64,000 nucleotides of DNA from Eledone cirrhosa (lineage: Eukaryota): positions 11,160,001-11,224,000 of the forward strand of contig OZ024753.1 of assembly GCA_964016885.1 (NCBI GenBank), written 5' to 3'. The notes beneath the pieces are model-generated. The model worked only from the letters and a program-made list of their open reading frames with translations, did no database searches and had not been told where the DNA came from. Of this stretch, positions 48,168 through 64,000 are shown one piece after another. The position numbers were made by a program, and so were the translations under genes. Within the stretch, counting starts at the first letter, position 1. The number at the start of each line of letters is the position of its first letter.

Positions 48168-48468
48168 ATAATGGTTTCTACTCTAGGTACAAGGCCAGCA
48201 ATTTAGGGGGAGGGAAAAGTCGATTAAATCGACCCCAGTGCGTGACTGGTACTTTATTTTATCGACCCCGTAAGGATGAGAGGCAAAGTTAACCTCGGTA
48301 AGATTTGAACTCAGATCATAAAGGGCCGTAACTCTATACTGCAAAGCATGACCCCCCGTAAGGATGAAAGGCAAAGTTAACCTCGGCGAGATTTGAACTC
48401 AGATCATAAAGGGCCGTAACTCTATACTGCAAAGCATGTCGTCAGACTCTCTACCAATACTGCCAATT
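48168..48468 (-). mobile_element. SINE family 1 with internal partial duplication
   Basis: ccccgtaaggatga...ctgcaaagcatg present twice. Confidence 0.8.
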
Positions 48469-49470
48469 AATACACCGCATCTCTTTCTGTTTGCTAAATT
48501 TTCAGTGTCTGTACATCCATGAAGGCGTCAATTGGTCAGAATAGTTGGAACGTTGGATAAAATGATATGCAAGATTCGTACTCGCTCTCTGCGCCCTGAG
48601 TTCAAATTCCGTCGAGGTCAACTCTGCATTTAATCCTATCGAGTTCGTTAAAAAGTTACTAGTTTAGTTTTGGGGTTAACCCCCACCCCCCTCTCTCTCT
48701 ATATATATATATCTTTCTTTCTCGGGAAGAAATCGGCTCTATTCAGACCTGGAGAGGAACTGTGGGTTCCGCCATGTTTAAAAATGGCCTAGAAATACCG
48801 TGTGTCATTACTGAACTCCAGTGATTCCATTAGGAGGTACGGGTACAAAAGCAAATACATGCATGCTTCTACAAAGTTTGGTTTGTCTTGGTAAGATGGA
48901 ATTTGTCTCCTAGTTAATACCTGCCTAATTACAATAATAATTCTAATATTAATACGTTAACCGATTGCTCCTGAAATTAAATCTTATATCTTCTACAAGC
49001 TGTTCATTAGCAGTTGAAAACAACTACAATTAATTACTATTTCCGAAATAAAAAAATACAGACCGTATTTTCCGAGAGAGAGAAAATGACCTACGAACAT
49101 TATTAGTTTCGAAAGTCACTTTAATTATAAATACACCAGTAAAAACAACATAAATAAAATCCCACGAGATGGTAAGGAAGATAGGGAAAAATATAAACAA
49201 TTACCATAAAACAACAACAGTGATGTCAGCATGATAATTAACATAAAAACAACAAAAATGGCAATATGATCGTTAACAAAAACAAATGTTTCAGTAAAAG
49301 ACAAACAAATATATATACAAAACAAATATATATACAAAACAAATATATATACAAAACAAATATATATACAAGGAAATGAGGCTTGGTTTCTTAAATATGA
49401 AACAACTTAGCCTAAAGTAATGTTCGTTAAAATTACAGCAAATTATGAATACATTAATTAAACATTCTGA

Positions 49471-49473
<3 letters not shown>

Positions 49474-49508
<35 letters not shown>

Positions 49509-50879
49509 TGATATCTAAATCTATTTACAATCCTCCATATACAATATATATAAATATATATATATATATGTATGTATATATATATGTATGTATATATATA
49601 TGTATGTATATATATATGTATGTATATATATATGTATGTATATATATATATGTATGTATATATATATATGTATATATATGTATGTATATATATATGTATA
49701 TATGTATATATGTATGTATATATGGATATATATATGTATATATGTATATATGTATGTATATATGTATGTATATATGTATATATGTATGTATATATGTATA
49801 TATATATGTATATATGTATGTATATATGTATATATATATGTATATATATATGTATATATATATGTATATATATATGTATATATATATGTATATATATATG
49901 TATATATATATGTATATATATATGTATATATATATGTATATATATATGTATATATGTATATATATATATGTATGTATATATGTATATATATATATGTATA
50001 TATATATATATGTATATATATATGTATGTATANNNNNNNNNNNNNNNNNNNNNNNNNNNNNNNNNNNNNNNNNNNNNNNNNNNNNNNNNNNNNNNNNNNN
50101 NNNNNNNNNNNNNNNNNNNNNNNNNNNNNNNNNNNNNNNNNNNNNNNNNNNNNNNNNNNNNNNNNNNNNNNNNNNNNNNNNNNNNNNNNNNNNNNNNNNN
50201 NNNNNNNNNNNNNNNNNNNNNNNNNNNNNNNNTGTATGTATATTATGTTATATATGTATGTATATATGTATATATATATGTATATATGTATGTATATATG
50301 TTATATATATATGTATATATATATGTATATATATATGTATATATATATGTATATATATATGTATATATATATGTATATATATATGTATATATATATGTAT
50401 ATATATATGTATATATATATGTATATATGTATATATATATATGTATGTATATATATGTATATATATATATGTATATATATATATATGTATATATATATGT
50501 ATGTATATATATATGTATATATATATGTATATATATATGTATATATATATATGTATATATATATGTATGTATATATATATGTATATATATATGTATATAT
50601 ATATGTATATGTATATGTATATATATATGTATATATATATGTATATATATATGTATATATATATGTATATATATACGTATATATATGTATATATATATGT
50701 ATATATATATATATATATGTATATATATGTATATATATATGTATATATATGTATATATATATGTATGTATATATATATGTATGTATATATATATGTATGT
50801 ATATATATATGTATGTATATATATATGTATGTATATATATGTGTATGTATATATATATGTATGTATATATATATGTATG

Positions 50880-50911
<32 letters not shown>

Positions 50912-50912
50912 C

Positions 50913-50946
<34 letters not shown>

Positions 50947-51269
50947 GTATGTATATATATATGCATATATATATGTATATATATATGTATGTATATATAT
51001 ATATGCATATATATATGTATGTATATATATATATGTATATATATATGTATGTATATATATATATGTATATATATATGTATGTATATATATATATGTATAT
51101 ATATATATGTATATATATATATGTATATATATATATGTATATATATATATGTATATATATATGTATATATATATATGTATATATATATGTATGTATAGAT
51201 ATGTATATATATATATGTATGTATAGATATGTATATATGTATAGATATATATATATGTATATATATATG

Positions 51270-51326
<57 letters not shown>

Positions 51327-51509
51327 GTATATATATATATATATATGTTTATATATGTATATATATATCTATGTATATATATATATGTATATATATATGT
51401 ATGTATGTATATCTATATATGTATGTGTGTATAAATATGTGTATGTATATATATATATGTGTATGTATATATATATGTGTATGTATATATATATATATAT
51501 ATATGTATG

Positions 51510-51560
<51 letters not shown>

Positions 51561-51589
51561 GTATGTATATATATATATATATATGTATG

Positions 51590-51642
<53 letters not shown>

Positions 51643-51768
51643 GTGTGTATGTATATATATATATGTATTTACATATATATATGTATTATGTACATATATA
51701 TACATATGGACATATATATGTATGTAAATGTATGTACATATATATGTATGTATATATATGTATATGTC
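49474..51768. repeat. (TA)n/(TATG)n satellite spanning an assembly gap
   Basis: Seen directly. Confidence 0.95.
50033..50232. other. Assembly gap (200 N)
   Basis: Run of n. Confidence 1.
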
Positions 51769-52360
51769 AGGTTGGTGCTACTGGTAACATGTATCCCAGT
51801 ACAACCTGACTCATGGTCAGGTCGTTGGCGACTAAACTGGCAACCCCACCAAGGCTTCTTGGTGAGGAGGGTGACTTTGGACATCCTGCAGGACTAAAAA
51901 CAAAACCTGCCAAAGGGCAAAAGAGCTCTTAAAAGTCAATGGCCATCCAAAATCACCGGGAGAGATGACCCCTTAGCCTTTGTCAAGGCAGAATTCTAGG
52001 AGAAGGAAAACTCTGATATAACACCTGCAACCCTGATGGTATCCAATGATGTTGACTTGTTCTTTTTGGTAAATATCATCTTGGTTAGAGAGTGGGACTG
52101 GCTTTGTGCAGTGCCTTTGCTCACTATAAAAGCTTCACGGCACAGGCATTGCTTTATATCTGGAGATCTCTCTGCACTTGTCGTGACATGGTAGCATGGG
52201 CCCAGCACTAAGTGTCAAAAATTGTTACAAGTGTAGTGTTTGTACCAGAGTTTTCAAGTCAATGGCTGGACTAAAAAGTCATATTCGTCCAGCGTTTCGG
52301 TAGGGGTTCTCCTACATGGATATAAAGTAGTGGCCGCACTCGAAAACGAATTAGCAGCCA

Positions 52361-52362
<2 letters not shown>
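51768..52362. mobile_element. Longer copy (~595 bp) of the 11019-11471 repeat, inserted in TA satellite
   Basis: Collinear from aagggcaaa.gagctctt to gcagccac; about 145 bp extra on the left. Confidence 0.7.
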
Positions 52363-59756
<7,394 letters not shown>

Positions 59757-60167
59757 ACACAACCACGGGGGTGGGACCAATATTTGCACGTGGACATCTA
59801 AGCATGTTTTCACAATTATGCTACAGTAACAGCTATAATTACCAATTATAGACGAACACACGAGGAAGACATTCACTTCCTATTAAATTATTTGTCTGTT
59901 TTATTTCTTCTATAGATATTTACTTTGCATGAAATAAAGTTTTCCTTCTTAATTTATTGAGTTTTATACATCAACGAATCATATTCTCAACCATAACCTC
60001 CAACCCACGCAAACATTAATCTACTCCTATCTACTGTTCCTAATTGGATTAAATTTTATTTTCATGATGTGGACAAAAAGTGCAATATTTCGGGAATATA
60101 TCGTTTATCGGAAAGTATAATGATTGTATATATATATATAGTATATGATTATATATATATATATATA

Positions 60168-60368
60168 GTGAAGGCGTGTGGCTGAGTGGTTAGAGAATTG
60201 GATTCGCAATCGTAAGGTTGTGATTTTGATTCCTGGACCAAGGCGATGCGTTATGTCCTTGGGCAAGACACTTTATTTCACGTTGCTCCTACCTGGATTT
60301 GCGACCGATAGATAGTATTAGCAATTGGAAAGACCAATGGAAACATTGTTCCCTCGGTCCGATTTGAC
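60168..60368 (+). mobile_element. SINE family 2 (CORE-like)
   Basis: gtgaaggcgtgtggctgagtggttag...tgtccttgggcaagacacttt; collinear with 28775-28978. Confidence 0.75.
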
Positions 60369-60522
60369 GAAAGTTGATCGTCTTCCATATATATATATAT
60401 ATAACACTTTGAGGGCGGCTGGCTGTGAAGCTAGTTGGTCAGCCGCTCTCTCCGTATCTGGTTTCTCGGAGCCATGGTTTTTCGGACCCATGGCTTTTTA
60501 CATATTCCTTTGTTATATTCCA

Positions 60523-60580
60523 ATACCTGATGATATCACCGGATTCATATGGAACCCGGTCATTGAAATGATCATAGTAT
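60523..60580 (+). ncRNA. Intact type I hammerhead ribozyme, family B module (60404-60630)
   Basis: atac-CTGATGA(60527-33)-stem II accgg/ccggt-GAAA(60565-68)-tgatca-TA-gtat; palindromic stem III ATGATCAT. Confidence 0.75.
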
Positions 60581-60647
60581 AATAAACCTTTCAAGGATTT
60601 ACACCAGTCCAGCCTCCTGTTATTTCATTTATATATATATATATAAT

Positions 60648-60793
60648 AGGAACCGGTAAGACCCCGACGGCTGAGCTCAAGCCGTTTCGACGGCTAATTC
60701 GCACCAACTAATTATTACCAACTCTACTACCCCAAGTATTGAGTACTTTGGTGCGTTATGGTCCACCTGGTTCTTTACCACATTTCCTTCGTT
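60648..60793 (+). mobile_element. Family A module lacking most of the second arm
   Basis: Left arm and tail nearly identical to those of 5121-5291. Confidence 0.75.
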
Positions 60794-60847
60794 ATATATA
60801 TATATACGATATTAACAAATGGAAACTATATTTATAAAACCATATTT

Positions 60848-60910
60848 ATTTTATTATACATATTTCAAGGATACCATGTTAAATTATGGTATGCTTTCAT
60901 CAGACAAAAT
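60848..60910 (-). ncRNA. Type I hammerhead ribozyme, family C module (60808-60990)
   Basis: Minus strand attttgt-CTGATGA-aagcataccat..atggtatcctt-GAAA-tatgta-TA-ataaaat. Confidence 0.7.
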
Positions 60911-61305
60911 ACAATATATACCAGTTTTATAAATACATTTTAACATACCCTTTCAAAATGCAACCGTTAGTTTTGGAAGACATCAGGATATTGGATTTGT
61001 TTATCTTAGTAAGTCATTGTGTTACGGAGAAGGAAAAAAACGGAGAGAGAGAGAAAAACCGAGAGAGAGAAAAGTATATGTAAAAGGTAAACAGAAATAA
61101 CAACACAATCGGTACAGTATATGGAAGGGTTATATTAGTTTAACGCTTGAAATAGCAGGAAGAGAGTCTCTGAGATCGTTACATTTGCTAAGGTAAGATT
61201 CGTTTGTAATCATGGCAACTTAATCTTCACAACGCATTGTTTTGGTCTCTAAAATTTAAACTCATATATATATATATATAATATATATATAATATATATA
61301 TATAT

Positions 61306-61611
61306 ATAATTGTTTCTACTTTAGGCACAAGGCCAGCAAATTACCCAGTACATTACTGGTACTTTATTTTATCGACCCCGTAAGGATGAAAGGCAAAGTT
61401 AACCTAAATATATATATATATATATAATTGTTTCTACTTTAGGCACAAGGCCAGCAATTACCCAGTGCATTACTGGTACTTTATTTTATCGACCCCGTAA
61501 GGATGAAAGGCAAAGTCAACCTCGGCGGGATTTGAACTCAGATCGTAAAGGGACGTAACTATGCTGGAAAGCATGGCGTCCGACCCTCTACCGATACTGC
61601 CAATCCACCGC
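61306..61611 (-). mobile_element. Partial plus complete family 1 SINEs
   Basis: 61306-61405 is a 3' half; 61424-61611 is complete. Confidence 0.85.
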
Positions 61612-61614
61612 CTC

Positions 61615-61704
61615 TGCTTGGCTTGGTTTGGTTTTCGCTTCCGTATATTTTATAGGAACCAACCTGAACCAAACAGTGAGTGTGTTTTATTATATATTTC
61701 TAGC

Positions 61705-61750
<46 letters not shown>

Positions 61751-61910
61751 GCTAGAATAATATAATAAAACACACTCACTGTTTGGTTCAGGTTGGTTCC
61801 TATAAAATATACGGAAGCCCAAACCAAACCAAGCCAAGCAGTGAGTGTGTTTTATTATATATTTCTGGCAATTTTATAACAATATTACCCTCCCCAAATA
61901 TAACAATATT
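61615..61910. repeat. ~95-bp inverted repeat around (TA)n plus a direct partial third copy
   Basis: gcttggcttggtttgg...ctagcaatatt (TA)n aatattgctag...ccaaaccaagccaagc, then cagtgagtgtgttttattatatatttct again. Confidence 0.85.
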
Positions 61911-61920
61911 ATATATATAT

Positions 61921-62108
61921 GGGCGGTGAATTGGCAGTATCGGTAGAGGGTCGGACGCCATGCTTTGACGCATAGAGTTACGGCCCTTGCCATTCTGAGT
62001 TCAAATCCCGCCGAGGTTAACTTTGCCTTTCATCCTTACGGGGTCGATAAAATAAAGTACCAGTAATGTACTGGGTAATTGCTGGCCTTGTGCCAATAGT
62101 AGAAACAA
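61921..62108 (+). mobile_element. SINE family 1
   Basis: Complete copy, same variant as 8687-8879. Confidence 0.85.
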
Positions 62109-62149
62109 ATAAATAGAGAGAGAGAGAGTATAATAAAGAAACTATGTCG

Positions 62150-62435
62150 CTGGTGCTATCAGCAGCGAAAACAAGGCATAACCTGGAAGACAACGTGCTC
62201 CGACAGGTTCTGTGCCTTTAGCCTTGTGGCAAACCCGGACTCCCCCCCCCATGGAGAAGAGAATTAGATAACCTAATACTGGGCTTGGCCAACAGCTTCC
62301 CTTTCGTACCTATCGCCTTGGAGACCACAATGTCTTCACTCCTATTTTCCTCTACTCGTTCGAGGAAGTAGCCCTTTAAGATAGGTTGGCTGCTGCACCG
62401 AGTGTTGTTGGCCATTCTCAACTGCAATCCAGGTG
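62150..62435 (+). mobile_element. Second, heavily decayed CRE-like endonuclease relic
   Basis: Fragments TTCSDRF, FVPIALET and GWLLHRVLLAILNCN parallel ATCSDRF, VVPLAVET and KWLFQCISLTTLRGN at 12.6-12.9 kb. Confidence 0.5.
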
Positions 62436-63501
62436 AAGCTGAAGCATGCCGCTCAGGCTGGGGTGAGCAATCTCTCGCTTCGTTCCCAATTCTCATTTCT
62501 TTCGATGCTCAATTTCTTTTTGATTTTTCCTTTCCTTATTTGAAATATATTATTGTTATACAGACTAAACCATCGATCGCCAATATATCGGACCTCACGG
62601 ACCATTACATTTATAATTTTAAACCCCGCGAACCACAAATATGAATCTTTTTAAAAAGAACCACCAATCATTTCTCTCGGGTCACTGGTTGGTGATCGCT
62701 GGACTAAACAATGACTAACAAGGTATATTGTTAAGAAAATATGGCGATAAAACAATTAATCACAACCTCTCCCTTTATTGTTAAAAGAAAGTAAATTGTA
62801 AAACAAGTGAAAGGTGTAGCTTATTCGTTTCGAAAATAATAAATCTTTTAATGACCTCGTCCTTATTGTCGCTATCATTACACTAAGAAAATATAACCCC
62901 AGATATTGCAATATGCTGAAGAAGTTCACATTGCAACTCAGTTATTCCGAGTTCTATCACATTCTGCGACGAAGAAAACATTTTTTTTCACTTTATAGAC
63001 TTCTAAAACTGGTTATCTCTCGCATTTCAGTTCTGATCAGGCAAACTTATAATCAAATATTCCCAGCAGGACAATCCCTTCATTATTCTGATTGTACAGA
63101 GCGTTACAGTAACGAGTGTATTTCCACTAAAGATGCTGGTTATGGGGTCTGTAAAACGAGGTATATTTAGCTGCTATTTTCAGGTTTCAGCTTTAGATAT
63201 TACACTAGAGACTTCATTAGTTTTAAAAGACACTATTGCAACAGAGTGGTGTGTGTTGCGTGGTGTGCGTGTGTGGAATAGACCATTTTATGCATTGATT
63301 TCGACCAAATTGGTAGTATAAAATCACTCTCACCCATTTTTACGCGTGATACAATTGATACAGAAATAGCTTATTGAAAGTTTTAGTGGGAAATTGGCCA
63401 AAAATTGTTCCCCAAATTTAATAATTTTTTATTTTTAGATAATCAGCAATATGTTGTTCAATATTACTGAAATTTTAAAAAGTGGTGGATTCTGACAAAC
63501 A

Positions 63502-63749
63502 TTGGCAGTATCGGTAGAGGGTCGGACGCCATGCTTTCCAGCATAGTTACGTCCCTTTACGGTCTGAGTTCAAATCCCGTCGAGGTTAACTTTACCTTTG
63601 ATCCTTGCCGGGTCGATAAAATAAAGTACCAGTAATGAACTGGTACTTTAACTAAAGTACCAGTAATGAACTGGTACTTTAAATAAAGTACCAGTAATGA
63701 ACTGGTACTGGTAATTGCTGGCCTTGTGCCAAAAGTAGAAACAATTATA
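63502..63749 (+). mobile_element. SINE family 1 with an internal triplicated 31-bp palindromic unit
   Basis: aaagtaccagtaatgaactggtact at 63623, 63654, 63685. Confidence 0.85.
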
Positions 63750-63925
63750 ACGACATATCTAGCAGTATATATTTACAACCATTTATGTCGTGAGTTCAAA
63801 TCCCACCAATGTTGTCTTTGCTTTCCATCCTACTGGAATGAAATGATAAATAGCAACCACGTACAGTGGGTGATGTAGTTCTCTGTTACTTCCAACCATA
63901 TCAAATATAGTCTTGTGTAAGAAAA

Positions 63926-64000
63926 TAATTGTTTCTACTTTAGGCACAAGGCCAGCAATTATCCAGTGCATTACTGGTACTTTATTTTATCGACCCCGCA
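63926..64000 (-). mobile_element. SINE family 1, cut by the window edge
   Basis: ataattgtttctactttaggcacaaggccagc...ttatcgacccc. Confidence 0.8.

Overview
AT-rich eukaryotic DNA made almost entirely of repeats; the SINE types and huge (TA)n/(TATG)n tracts suggest an octopus or other coleoid cephalopod (inference). No host gene is confidently identified, and nearly all long ORF calls (poly-YI, IYLS) are microsatellite artefacts. (1) At ~33.7-47.9 kb is a 14-kb same-strand array of seven Tx1-clade non-LTR retrotransposon copies bounded by (TATC)n/(GATA)n. It includes one apparently intact full-length element (CCHC ORF1; APE-RT-zinc finger ORF2), three near-identical 5'-truncated copies and three older diverged copies, which points to a GATA-microsatellite-targeting retrotransposon. 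(2) Many short modules inserted in (TA)n carry type I hammerhead ribozyme motifs, fold-back inverted arms and a shared TTGAGTRC tail motif. One lies downstream of a GIY-YIG endonuclease remnant, so they are probably Penelope-like element ends. Also present: tRNA-derived SINEs of two families, RTE and CRE-like LINE relics, mariner-, Tc2- and piggyBac-like MITEs, several minisatellites and a 200-N assembly gap.
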